Of a DNA stretch of 64,000 nt, positions 14,087 to 28,494 are shown one piece after another. Position numbers and translations under genes: made by a program. Position 1 is the first letter of the stretch, and the number at the start of each line of letters is the position of its first letter. This stretch comes from Eledone cirrhosa (taxonomy: Eukaryota). Location of the stretch: positions 345,588,001-345,652,000 of the forward strand of contig OZ024743.1 of assembly GCA_964016885.1 (NCBI GenBank), read 5' to 3'. The notes under the pieces were generated by a model. The model did no database searches. It saw nothing but the letters and a program-made list of their open reading frames with translations, and was not told where the DNA came from.

Positions 14087-14323
14087 TTATATTATATTGT
14101 ATTACATATAGTACTATAATTCCCGCTCTATATAACCACCTTTGTTTAGCTCTAGTTTTTTGCTTTGGACTATATTTGTAATATGGTTCAAAATGTTATC
14201 CACCTCCTTAGTGATTTTTATTATATATTTTTACCCATAATCTTCCAATACTTTAGTGTATGTACACTCCATATTCTTCGGAGTTTTCGGCCTGTATTGG
14301 CCGATAGTGCTTCTTGTGGTTTT

Positions 14324-14370
14324 GATTGCTCTGATGAGTCCTTAATAGGACGAAACATTGTTGGCTAATA
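14324..14370 (+). ncRNA. Minimal type I hammerhead ribozyme motif (mirror copy)
   Basis: GATTGCT-CTGATGA-GTCCTTAATAGGAC-GAAA-CATTGTT-GGCTAAT, followed by AATAAA. Confidence 0.75.
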
Positions 14371-14526
14371 AAGACTTTTGATGTATTGAAGGCTTCTTTG
14401 TTTTATTTTCATAATTCTTCGGCCCTGTTTAATTACATTGAGCTATACCTTTTACTGTCATTTCTATAATACGAAGAGGGTGTTTAACTCCAACACGCTC
14501 CAGTATTTTAATCCTTATATATATAT

Positions 14527-14588
<62 letters not shown>

Positions 14589-14629
14589 GCACGCACGCAC
14601 ACACACACACACACATACAGACACACACA

Positions 14630-15508
14630 TTGAAAGGGTAGTATTAAGGACTACCCGATTACCAGTAAGAGAAATAGCTCAATGTATTACAGAGCAGAGA
14701 TACAAAATATAAAACAATCAAATTTTTGCTTAATAAATTTAATTGCCTGGAATCATCGGAGCTTACACCTTGTTTAAACAAGTAATTACATTCCTAGTCT
14801 TTAGAACATTCAATAAGATACAATATTATGAACAACCTTAATGGTAGAATGACCTAAAAATTGACCTGAAGTAATGATTGTTTCTAAATATATCTATCTT
14901 CCTTAGTATTTCTGTCGTTCTTAATTTGCCCATTGGTATTAATGTGTTGGGTGCTTGATACAGTTTCGTATGTGGTCGATACTTTTAAACGGAGGTTCGT
15001 ATTTTGTGATAAAGTATGATTCTTTGCTAATGCGTTGAATGTGGGTAGCGTAGTCTTTAAATTTATAGAGGGGGGGGGGGATTCTGAAATGTTGTTGTTC
15101 ATTAAATGCGCAGGTATCAATGTGTTCACCCAGTGCTAGTTTTCTCTATTCTCGTATTTTAATTTGGGATCTATGAACGGTCATACGTTGGCGAATATTG
15201 TTTTTAGTTTGTCCTACGTACTGCTCTCGACAGCCTAAGCAAGTTAATACATATATTAGGTTTTCTGATGCGCATGTGAAATAATTTTTCACCGTAAAGC
15301 GTTTCCCCTGTTTCAATCAGAAATCCAATCCCTCTATTAGGTTGACGCATATACCACAGTTGGGTCTTCCGTATTTTTTTTCACTGTTGGTTTCATTCTT
15401 ATGGTCCACTGGACTTTGGCCTGTGTTAGGATATTTTCCATTGACTTGGGTTGTCTTTTGCTCTTTATAATGTTGTGTGTTTGAAGTATTTGGTCCATTC
15501 TATGACCC

Positions 15509-15510
<2 letters not shown>
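14630..15510 (-). mobile_element. PLE 3' fragment (linker, GIY-YIG, 3' region)
   Basis: Manual minus-strand translation: IIKSKRQPKSMENILT ... CGICVNL ... FTCASENLIYVLTCLGCREQYVGQTKNNIRQRMTVHRSQI, a Cys-containing GIY-YIG of the Neptune-like type. Confidence 0.8.
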
Positions 15511-15539
<29 letters not shown>

Positions 15540-15723
15540 ACGAATGAGATATGGTAAGGAACCAGATGGACCATAACGCACAAGAGTACTCAATACTTAG
15601 GGTAGTAGAGTGGGTAATAGGAAAATGTTTAACCCCGACTGCAGAGCTGAAGCCGTTTCGACGGCTAGTCCAGAAATAGCCGTCGAAACGGGTTGAGCTC
15701 TGCCGTCGGGGTTAAACATTTTC

Positions 15724-15727
<4 letters not shown>
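15540..15727 (-). mobile_element. Fold-back insert in (TA)n (arms about 50 bp, tail about 77 nt)
   Basis: 15617-15667 is inverted to 15677-15727. Centre GACGGCTA..TAGCCGTC followed by GAAAC. Unpaired 15540-15616. Confidence 0.8.
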
Positions 15728-15756
<29 letters not shown>

Positions 15757-15842
15757 CATACATACATGCATACATACATAAATACATACATACATACATA
15801 CATACATACATACATACATACATACATACATACATACATACA

Positions 15843-15874
<32 letters not shown>

Positions 15875-16546
15875 AAATCTTATAGATGGTTTAAAGAGAA
15901 AAGAGATTATTGATACTGAAAGTCCGGTTGCTTAGGATATAAAAGCCGAATATTTAACGGTTATTTAGTCAAATTTCTCTTTTCCCATAATCAAACGTTT
16001 GTAATAAATGCAAGACAAATAAATTTTATACAAGCCGCAGTAAATATTTGAATATCATCATTACATAATTAGCTTTGCTTTTCAGCACCTATTCACATGT
16101 TACGAAATTCAAATCTTTTTTACACGTTCTAGTAATTAAAAGTTTCAACATTCTTGTTTATTATATATTTTAACTGTTTGATGAGAGAGAAAATTAAATT
16201 TGTGTCCTTGACACTTTTGAAGGCCGTCAAGACCTGCGAGATTGTACAAGATATTCTCTAACTCAAGACTAGGCTTAAATGTTTGCATCAAACTAGACTC
16301 TACAAAATCATCCGAAATTCACGTGCTGGTGTTAAACCTGGCGAGGAATTATATCTACAACCTATGTAGGATCTAAATTCAGAACGCAGACAGACGATAG
16401 AGACGCCAGTATGCGTCTCGCCGATAATACGTTAATAAACCATTATATATATAGATATACATCTAACTAAGAGAACCAAAAAACTTGGAGTTACAAACTA
16501 TTTGATGATTCATCCTAGAATAAATGAATGCACCACATGCATTTGT

Positions 16547-16577
<31 letters not shown>

Positions 16578-16673
16578 AACACACACATATGTATATGCAT
16601 ACAAACGTCAGTATATATATATATATATACCTATTTATGTAACAAAGGCAATACGATATCAACCAATATCACT

Positions 16674-16850
16674 ATTGGCAGTATCGGTAGAGGGTCGGAC
16701 GCCTTGCTTTGACGCATAGAGTTACGATGCTTGCCATTCTGAGTTCAAATCCCGCCGAGGTTAACTTTGCCTTTCATCCTGACGGGGTCGATAAAATAAA
16801 GTACCAGTAATGCACTGGGTAATTGCTGGCCTAGTGCCAAACGTAGAGAC
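16674..16850 (+). mobile_element. SINE family A copy
   Basis: A/B boxes and core present. Confidence 0.88.
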
Positions 16851-17390
16851 AATGATCACTAATACTAACACAGAGAACACCATACTGTCAACATTTTAGC
16901 TATACTTCAACACACTCTCAATGCTACATACCACTACCACATTTACTCTACCTACACATCCATCACACCCAGTCCCAACCAGAGTCTCAACGTTCATTAC
17001 AAGTACACTAATTACTGCGACTAACTACTCATGGTTCAGTGACAGATTACCAACAACTATAGAGGTCTCCTGTACTCAGGTGAAACACTCAAACTATGTT
17101 AAGTTGTCAGATGTTATGGTCAGTTGAGAGGTGATAATAGACAGGCTTCAACGGCTTGTCTTGATAGTTGATTCATACATAGATATATACATACATACAT
17201 ACATACCTATTTACCTAAATACATTCCTACCTACCTAGATACATACATGCATACACATACAGACACACACATACACATACAGACACACACACATATATAT
17301 ATATATACACACATACATATACATATATATATACATATGTATATATACATATATATATACACATATATATATATATATATATGCACATCC

Positions 17391-17433
<43 letters not shown>

Positions 17434-17535
17434 TATATATATATATGTGTAGAGGTTATATTTAATTTGTTGGGATACAACAAGCAAAATATTTTTATAA
17501 CTGATATAAAACACTCAACAAATTATTGGAGTAAA

Positions 17536-18465
17536 TCTATATATATAAAACTGTGGTTGTCTGTCTGTCTATCGATTTTTGGCACACATCTCCTCTTAGA
17601 ATCTCTCACGGAATTGCACCGAAATTGCTATACTTGTACATTGAGCCCTAGCGAAGACATCGGGAAAAAAATATTTCAAATTGACCCACCCTATGTGACG
17701 AAATCGAATATAATGTATCGATTTTTGAGCGTAAGTTATCAGTTATTTCCCTTTGTTCTGTTTACATTGAGCGTCTTACGTAAAAAATTATGCTGGCTTT
17801 CTCAGCGTTTAAAATGACATTAACACAATACACGAAGCTTCCGTTTTGCTTCATTTCCATTTAAAAGCATTTTAAAACAATACTTTTACTTGAAAACAAG
17901 TCTATTTAAAGACTACGTAAAACAAGCAAATATTTCGTCGTTAGGCGTGCAGACAGACAGTCGTGCAGACAGACAGTCGTGCAGAGAGGTGATATACGCG
18001 TGCAGACAGACAGTCGTGCAGAGAGGTGATATAGGCGTGCAGACAGATAGTCGTGCAGAGAGGTGATATAGGCGTGCAGACAGACAGTCGTGCAGAGAGG
18101 TGATATAGGCGTGCAGACAGACAGTCGTGCAGAGAGGTGATATAGGCGTGCAGACAGACATAACTGATAATTTGGTTACGCTAATGTTTTTCTCTGCGTT
18201 GCAGTGTTTACATTTTCGATCTTTGTTAATAAATAACCAGTGCAGTTTCTATCCCCAGCATCCTCTTTTGTTATAACATTCGGGTTATCGTTATGTTTTC
18301 TTAACTTCATAAGGCATATTGTTGGTTGAGGGAATATTAATCAAAAACACCACACGCAAGTCTGCACAGTAGACACTACAGTTTTTAAGCCAAGAAAGAA
18401 ACTTAACATTGTAACTTTAACACAGCTACTGAGCGACCCCGAGCAACGCCGGGCTTTACTGCTAG
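17536..18465 (+). mobile_element. Non-autonomous Helitron
   Basis: 5' TCTATATATATAAA preceded by A. Subterminal hairpin CCCG-AGCAACGC-CGGG (18438-18453). 3' CTAG followed by T (A|T insertion, no TSD). Internal tandem array. Confidence 0.85.
17943..18160. repeat. 37-bp minisatellite inside the Helitron
   Basis: Unit GGCGTGCAGACAGACAGTCGTGCAGAGAGGTGATATA, about 5.5 copies. Confidence 0.92.
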
Positions 18466-18652
18466 TATACAATATATTAACAAATGGAAACTATATTTAT
18501 AAAACCATATTTATTTCATTATACATATTTCAAGGGCCACCAAGGCAAAATTATGGTGAGCTTTCATCAGATAAAATATAATATAGGTTAGTTTTATAAA
18601 TAAATATTGACATACCCTGAAAAAATGCAACCATTCTGGTTGGAATCTCCTG

Positions 18653-18988
<336 letters not shown>

Positions 18989-19631
18989 ATATATATATAT
19001 ATATATATATACATTGCCTCGATCCACTGCAGGTGTTTTAGTAGTCAGGATTTGTATAAGTGTAAAGACGCACACATACACACACACGCTCAGATATTCT
19101 ACATATATACACGCTCATAAATAGTAATATCTCCAAATAAAATTAAGCTAATGTATCTATAATGATTTACTGTGAACGAATATATTAGATTTTGATTGCT
19201 ATTTATGTCGTTATCACTGCATTCAGAAATCTAACCCTATCACCTTCTTGCTATAGAGAAGTGAGACCGGAATTTGCTTCCTGTCACAGGTAAATTGGGT
19301 CATTTTGATGCACCAGCTGACTAAATACACGCTGCATGTTCAACATTGTGATGTTAGCACAACATAGCTGATGGATTGTTTGATTGTAATGTCGGTCAAC
19401 AGTAATAGTACTGGTGGAAACAATAGATGTGATATTTTACTTTTTTCTTGATCTTATTTTTAGGCCCATGTCAAATCTGATCCAGGAGATTTATAATCTG
19501 ATCAAAGTTATTCCTGAAACTTTTTTTTATGTTTTTGGCGAATTTTTATTTAGTGTGTAATATCTACCACTGTTTCATACGCTATCTCAAACATATTTAA
19601 GTTGGTAGACTGTGTTAAGGTATATCATGGT

Positions 19632-19669
<38 letters not shown>

Positions 19670-19749
19670 ACTGAATTAATTTCTCATAACGGTGTTTGTG
19701 GAGGTGGAGTTTTTAGTTGGTTGGTAGTTATCCATCATAAATGTAGTGA

Positions 19750-19985
19750 TAGGCGCAGTCATAGCTAAATGATTAAGAAGTTCGCTTCATAAGCATGAGT
19801 TCTCTGGTTCATTACTACTGTGTGGCATAGTGATTTCCTATATCCTTTCATTGGAATAAGTTTGTGTGGATGGCATTAGAAAGAGTAAAATTCTGTCGGA
19901 TAAATTGTACAGTTAATTTCAGGTTCCATACTCCTCACATATTCTGTCATACAGATTCCACCTGAAAAGAACGTTAACGGTAATG
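19750..19985 (+). mobile_element. Old, degenerate SINE (second family)
   Basis: tRNA-like head GGCGCAGTCATAGCTAAATGATTAAGAAG...GGTTCA and a tail-like AAAAGAACGTTAACGGTAATGA. Confidence 0.45.
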
Positions 19986-20365
19986 AGTATGGGGAATATT
20001 GAACAATTAAGAGGCTAAATTATAAGATGGTCGCTTATATTTGGATACAATCAGTGCTCATCATCAAAACTGATGGTAAATCTATTAGTGTTAATGGTGG
20101 TAATGGGAGTTATTGAAATATGATACTCAGAAGACACGTCACGCACATTATAACAACAACTACGTCGTTAACATACTTTCACAGTGTTTCTTTCACACCG
20201 TCCTGTCCCCTTTCCCTAATGTCTCTTGTGTGACAGGTAACAAGGATATGTCCAACATCTTTATTCGAATTGTCATAATCATTACCCTACTTATCACATG
20301 AGATTTTCCCCCTTATGCTGCGTCGAGACAGTCTCTGTCACTTGCTCTCGCTGTATATATATGTA

Positions 20366-20834
<469 letters not shown>

Positions 20835-21271
20835 TTTAATTAGACAATTCTATTGATTCGTTAATTATTTATGTTTGTTTAATGACGTCTGGTGGAGAGC
20901 TTTATTCGGTTTGTGGAAAGGAATTTATTCCTTTGTTCAAAATTGTTTATTCCTTTCTTCAACTTGCATACAGAGCGATTGCCTGTCCAATCAGTTCCTG
21001 ATTATAAGAATCCAGCCTCTATAATTTTCGGCAGAGGTCGGGGAGTACGTTGCTCTGAGGAACACCAACATAATCTGCCAGCTTCTGTCACTTCCTTTGC
21101 CGAAAAAAGAAGTAAGTGACATAGTCACTACTTTAAAATGATAGCACAAGGTCTTAATTAAACATACGGTATATTACCAAATATAGTATACATACATTCA
21201 TATATACATCGCTATTTCAGAGCACCAATCCTAATTTATATATATATATATATATTATATATATATATATA

Positions 21272-22430
21272 TAGCCAAAATTAAATTAAGGACGTTATGT
21301 CTGAGAAACATGCGCCATACCACCTGTAGAATAAGCTCAAAGATTCTAAGGTATAAACCCGAGCATTTATTAGCATTAAATTAAAAATCGATTGAGAAAA
21401 TAAACACATCAAACAATTACAGGGGACAATTTCTAAAGAGTGTAAATACACACAGTTACGTAGGTAACATATTAAAAATTAACGATTACCTCGAATATAG
21501 TTACCTTGCAATAATGATTAATCTCCTTTGTATATATTTAATTAAAGAAATATATTTCGTTTCTGAATTTGTTTAGCAAGATTCTTTATCTGAAAACGTG
21601 TGTTGAACTCCAACCAACATTAAATAGAAAACATGAGTGGAACAGCAACATCACAACTTACAATTAAGGACAAAATGAAAACACACACACATAGAACAAA
21701 CAACCAACCAGTAACATGTAAATAAACAAATAAATAAACAAATATAAACACACACAGACACCCGGATGTAACACATGCGCAAACTAAGCACACAACACAC
21801 ACAAAAACAAGATGGCACAAAAACAAAGAAAAGAATCCCCAGTCACTGAAGAGGTTGTAGGTCACTACTTTGGGAGGGTCATGTTGCCAATAAGAAACAC
21901 ACGCACCATGCTCTCACTTCAATGAAGAGGTCACAGAATGTGTGACGAAAGAACTTTGACAATATATAAACAATCATCTGGTTGTGGAACCAACCAACCG
22001 GAAATTTATAAATTCCTAAATTTATAAATTTATTATAATAAATTGAAGTGAAAGCAACTGGTGTGTGTGTTTCGTATTGGCAACATGACCCTCCCAAAGT
22101 ATAACAATAAAGAAATATATTTCAACATTAATCGGTAAACGCTTAATATTGTATTATGTTGAGCCAACATATACAAATGAGATTAATCAGCTCATTTGCA
22201 CAGACGAAAAACTATATATTTTCCCCTGTTTTCAAAATCAAGTAGTTGCATGAGTGGGAGAAATCATCCTGACGAGATCCAGTTGAGTTCGAAATGCATC
22301 GGCGGTTGTCCCCATTGCTTCTGTCAAGCACCGCTTGGTGGCGTTATCTGCCAGTGTTTTTCGTAGCTATGGCTTTCTAAATGTTTATTTATAAACATAC
22401 CATATTTCTTTACATATACGAAAATCATTC
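21272..22430 (+). mobile_element. Probable PLE pseudo-LTR region with an internal inverted repeat and hammerhead-like motifs
   Basis: Inverted repeat ~21865-21907 / ~22060-22102. Degenerate ATGAAGAG-GTCAC..GTGAC-GAAA at ~21922-21950 and CTGACGA...GAAATGCATC at ~22269. Bounded by TA tracts. Confidence 0.5.
22262..22306 (+). ncRNA. Degenerate hammerhead ribozyme motif
   Basis: AATCATC-CTGACGA-GATCCAGTTGAGTTC-GAAA-TGCA-TC-GGCGGTT. Palindromic stem III (ATGCAT) and ATC cleavage triplet, but a weak stem II. Confidence 0.5.
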
Positions 22431-22485
22431 AAATATATATATATATAAATATATATATTTGAATGAATTTCGTGTTTGTAAAGAA

Positions 22486-22579
<94 letters not shown>

Positions 22580-23763
22580 GCGTGTGTGTGTGTGCGTGCG
22601 TGTATGTGCGCGAGTATGTGGGTGGGGGAGAGGCTAGGTAGCATATTTCATCTCCTTAAATACATTAACGTTTCTATCTTTTAACCTTTCACGATTAACT
22701 ATTTGGAAAATGGAAAATAAATATTTATTCTAAGAGAACGAGAGAGATGAACGGGAGCGAAAATGAGAACGATGGAGGGAAGAGTTTCTGTAATATATGT
22801 TGAAGATGAAAAACAGACGAAGAGAAAAGAAAAAAGAGGTGTATGCGTGGATGATATAATTAGGTAAAAAAAAACCCAGAACGGTAGATGTGATGGAATC
22901 TACGTTAAATGTATTATAATGAACGGCTAACTCCAAAATAAGAATTGGAACGTGACAATGGTGACACAAGCATGCGACGTGGAACAACAATACTCCTTCG
23001 TATTTTTTCGCATATACAACACCAGCCACGGAGTATTGTACCAGATTTCTTGACGGCTATCATATTTTCAGAATAGCTACCTCTAAATCACGATTTACAA
23101 CTTAATCAGATTTTGATTCATAAATGACTGTTCATTAGTTAGCAAGTCTTTAAGGAGTGTGATGCACATATTTGAACCGATGATAAATACCCAATGTATC
23201 TATAACAATCCTCAAAATGGTCACTAGTACTGAAATAGTACTTTACTCACGATGTAAATGAGCAAGGAATATGTTTTTGAAGTAACGTCAATTTGATAAG
23301 TTCATTTCTTCAAGATAGAAATTTATTGGAACAATTTAAAAGAAACTTACAAAATTTAGTCTCTTTCATACATTAAGGTGACTGTATTTAATTGCCACAG
23401 TTCAACAGTGTACTGGCGTAGAGATGTTGTACTACCAGGAATTTGTAGATAGAAAGGTGAGTGAAACTGTGTGCTGTGTGAAGACACTTAGAAAGAAACA
23501 GTCTATAAATTTCATGGAAAAGCATATTTATGTCAGTGTTTATGACCTGAAAGATTATTGGTTCGACAAAAATGAAACCGAAACAATATGTAATAGATTA
23601 GAAAAATTAGGTAGTGGGATCTATATTATGAACTAAATTAAGATCGTGGTCACGTTTTCATAACTGAAACCAGTAAATGAATATAAGAATAAAAGTATAT
23701 ATAATCTTCTCCAGTATGTGTTTGCGATTTGGCCAAATGCCTAACTCTTATTTATATGTATAT

Positions 23764-24630
<867 letters not shown>

Positions 24631-24936
24631 TATATATATATATCATCATATTTACACATATAATTTTTCCATGCTGCCTTCGTCTGTTTCGTTCCTTGTA
24701 TCTTTACCACTTCTAGCAGTCTCCCTCTCTGTTACTCTCTCCTCAACTTTCACTCACTCATTCTCTGTCACTACCTCTCCTCCTCCTCTTTCCTCCTCCT
24801 CCTTCAAGTTTGACCTGTGTGTAATTCTTTTCTCGCGCAGTCTTGACCGAGCTGGTATGGAATTTTTTTCTCTCTCTCTTTCGTCTGCGACTTCACAAAA
24901 CTTGCGTTTACCGAATTCGTAGACCAGACCCCCTTA

Positions 24937-25085
24937 TCTTCTTCTTCTTCTTCTTCTTCTTCTTCTTCTTCTTCTTCTTCTTCTGCTTCTTCTTCTTCTT
25001 CTTCTTCTTCTTCTTCTTCTTCTTCTTCTTCTTCTTCTTCTTCTTCTTCTTCTTCTTCTTCTTCTTCTTCTTCTTCTTCTTCTTC
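24937..25085. repeat. (TTC)n trinucleotide repeat
   Basis: About 49 units with one interruption. Confidence 0.97.
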
Positions 25086-25429
25086 CTCTTCTCTCCTTTT
25101 TCTTTCTCTCTCTCTCTCTCTTCCCCCCCCCCCCGTCCAACTTGGGCGAAATTCTTTCCTTGCTCACATTTCAACCAGGTTTGATGGTCTTTCGTCTCTT
25201 GTTCACGATTTCACAGAGTTTATATTCATAGAGATCTGGGACTTGTCTATTTCTACTCACTTTCCGTTGCTTAAACCTTTTTGTTGTTACTCTAGCGTCC
25301 CCCTTTATTTACGTGTCCCAACGACTTTTTTTAGCCGTTGTTCGCACCAACCTGAGGCATATGGCCCTTAAAGCGATGAAATGCCGAGGACGGTTGGAGG
25401 GTCACTGATGAAGGACTCACTTTTTCATA

Positions 25430-26165
25430 TATATATATATATAAATGAAAGGTATAGAAAACATTGTAGCAAAAAACCAACAGTATTCCATAATATATAA
25501 GTGACTATAGCGTCAAAATGGGAAAAATAGTTGACGTAAGATGTGAGAAAAATAATTCAAACTCAACTCAAAGAGAATCAGGATATAGATTCATCCACAG
25601 AATTTAGTGAAATCCAGGGAAAAATCAATAGAGCCTTAATTCATGATAAAATAAAGTTTAAAATACTCATCCTTCAATTTGGAAACACTTCAAATGCTCT
25701 GTATAGTCTTAAAGACTATTTCACGAAAACTTTCAGTGGAGATGGTTCACGGTTGGAATTCGATCTTCAGCAGAGCTCAATTCGATAACCAATAAATTTC
25801 TCACCGATTAATATGCCAAAAAGGGAATTTAAACAGGCTAGTTCACCATCATGCGTGATTATAAAAAATAAAACGTACATGTGGAAGACAGGGCTGGTGA
25901 CGTCAGAATGAGACGAATGTTTGTTTACAAGGAACAACAGTAAAAAAACATTCCCCCAAAAAACTCTACAATAAGGAGTTCAGCAAAAAGCAATATTATC
26001 GCGGTTTTTTATAAAAAAATATCGGGATTAGTCACAAATAATCTAAGCACTCTAGGAAAGAAATCCGAGTATAAATATATAAATGAAAGGTATAGAAAAC
26101 ATTGTAGCAAAAAGACAACTGTATTCCATAATATATAAGTGACTATAGCGTCAAAATGGGAAAAG
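25430..26165 (-). mobile_element. Repeat family C with terminal direct repeat (probable PLE partial-tandem pseudo-LTR)
   Basis: An ~85-bp direct repeat at ~25440-25522 and ~26077-26160. Homologous to 47305-47968. Degenerate CTGAAGA...GAAAG on the minus strand near 25730-25770. Confidence 0.55.
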
Positions 26166-26190
26166 AAAAAAAAAAAAATATATATATATA

Positions 26191-27430
26191 TATAGGATAA
26201 AAGAGAAAACACAGGTAAGCATTATAAAAGGATTTTATCCAGGTATTTACGACCGTTTCATTGGTAAGTGCAACCTTATATTGCTATACTGCAAATAGCA
26301 GCCACTCAATAATAATTGTTGTACACGTCCAAATTTTCAAAATAGGGAATAAGTTACTCTTAACAAGTTCTTAATATATAGAAAACCATTTTTTGGAATT
26401 GTATTTGCTAGTATAGAGAGAGGGGAGGAGGAATTAGAAAGTGTATAGAGATAGCATTGAGCTGTTCCACATGTTGAGTTCGAAGAATAAGTTACTCAAC
26501 AATAAAATCGAAAGATCGATTTATTGTAACCACAGACTCAAAGAAAAGTTTTCGCACTACAAGTGCAAATCGAACCCTTAACCTCTTACTACCACCTGAC
26601 AAACTGCATATACTTAGACTTTCTACCCTCTTATCGTATACAACCCCTTTAATTACCCACAAAACCAATACCTATATCCCTCCCTTCTCCTTCATTCCTT
26701 TTCTATTTCTTTTCGTTTTCTTCCTTTCTTGTGTCATTTTTTATGTCTTTTCTTTTCTTCTTTCTCTCCCCTCCCCTTCTTTATTTTATTTATTTATTTT
26801 TATTTATTTTTTTTATATATATATATTTATCTCTCTATCTCTCCCCCCCTCTCTCTCTCTTTCTCTCTCCATCCCTCCCACTATAAACAATTTTATTCTC
26901 TTTAACTCACTCTAAATCGACGACATCATGTCTACATATATCAAAACTGATCAAAGATACCTTCCACCTCTACCCCTCCCTCCATCTCAGTTTGTCACCC
27001 TACTTCCAAATTCTTCTCCCCCTTCCTCTCTCTCTACACTACTTCCTTTGTCCCTCCACTTTCTAATTCCTCTTCCTCTCTCTCTATACTACCAAATACA
27101 ATTCCAAAAAATGTTTTTCTATATATTAAGAACTTGTTCAGAGTAACTTATTCACTATTTTGAAAATTTGGACTTGTACAACAATTATTATTGAGTGGCT
27201 GCTATGTGTAGTATAGAAATATAAGGTTGCACTTACCAATGAAACGGTCGTAAATACATGGATAAAATCCTTTTTTTAATGCTTACCTGTGTTTTCTCTT
27301 TTATCCTATACACTCCAAGATTGAACGTGATTCTTACAAACTTGTGGAGTTACTCTAACCATACGTTGAAACCGTCTGGCTGACTTAACCACGAACTGGA
27401 TTACAATAAGCAATTTTCTGCTTCCCTAAC
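26191..27430 (+). mobile_element. PLE 3' end with inverted pseudo-LTR (arms about 260 bp, tail about 120 nt)
   Basis: 26191-~26450 is inverted to ~27045-27310. The spacer translates SSKNKLLNNKIERSIYCNHRLKEKFSHYK, like the PLE endonuclease C-terminus. TA tracts on both sides. Confidence 0.75.
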
Positions 27431-27677
27431 TATATATATATATATTTAGACTACAAAATAGATTGCTTCCCTTGCCAGATTTATACTCAAGTGGATACTT
27501 AATATGTTAATTGTGTAATCGTTCCACTAATCATGTTGAGACAATTAATTATAGCTATCACTAATTGGAAAACCTTGCACAAAATATGAAATATATCGAT
27601 TTCAAAACCATCATGATAATATTGTCGCAGACACAACAAGAAATATATATATACATATATCAGACATAAAACACACG

Positions 27678-27714
<37 letters not shown>

Positions 27715-27717
27715 ACA

Positions 27718-27785
<68 letters not shown>

Positions 27786-28494
27786 CATACACACACATGT
27801 ACACACGCAGACACACACGCCTCTATTTATTGATACATATTTTATTCATCGTAGTTTTGTTTCTATAGTGCTAGCCAACTTAATGCAATTATAAACACAA
27901 GAGCTGATTTCAACAATTCGATCGATGTTCTCATGGTCTGGATATAACTCTTTTCAAGAATAAAGATATGTAATTACATAAGAGTTTGTTTGGTTTCCCA
28001 AATATCTCTGCAAGCGAATGTCTGTAACTATTATTGTACATAAACTATTTAACTATTTGTTCATAACATTCCATACAGAGTTCTGTTTAGATCTGCAATA
28101 AACTGAAATCTAACGAGAGGCTGCTTTGTGCTGCATTTAATCAAATGTTTTAAAGAAGAAACTATCTTGCTTTTTTACATCTATTATAAAATAACATTTG
28201 CTTTCATCAACTGCACAAGAATGGACTTATTATTGGGTGTCCAGAGTGATATGCAATATTCATATCTACGTTTATTTTTTTCGTTAAAAAAGGTTAAACC
28301 AATTATCTATAATAACGTCATATCCTGATAATCAAATATTTTAGTTTTTTATCCGCGGGACATAACAGCAGAGGAGATAAATTAACACGTCATAGCCAAG
28401 CACTTAGCATATGCAGCTTCACTGATCTAGGCATCGGCCATACTACGTGTTAATAATTATGATGACGATGCTGATGATGATAATAATAATAATA

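Larger units (their letters stand above)
12263..14515 (+). mobile_element. PLE pseudo-LTR pair forming a large inverted repeat (arms about 740 bp) plus a 3' tail
   Basis: 12263-~13005 is the reverse complement of ~13485-14415 once the SINE at 13906-14086 is removed (mirror ORFs 12310-12537 on - and 14165-14368 on +). Each arm has a hammerhead motif. Unpaired tail 14416-14515; (TA)n on both sides. Confidence 0.8.

Noticed and set aside
24843-25184. Poly-K, poly-R and poly-F ORFs
   Set aside because: Translations of the (TTC)n repeat.
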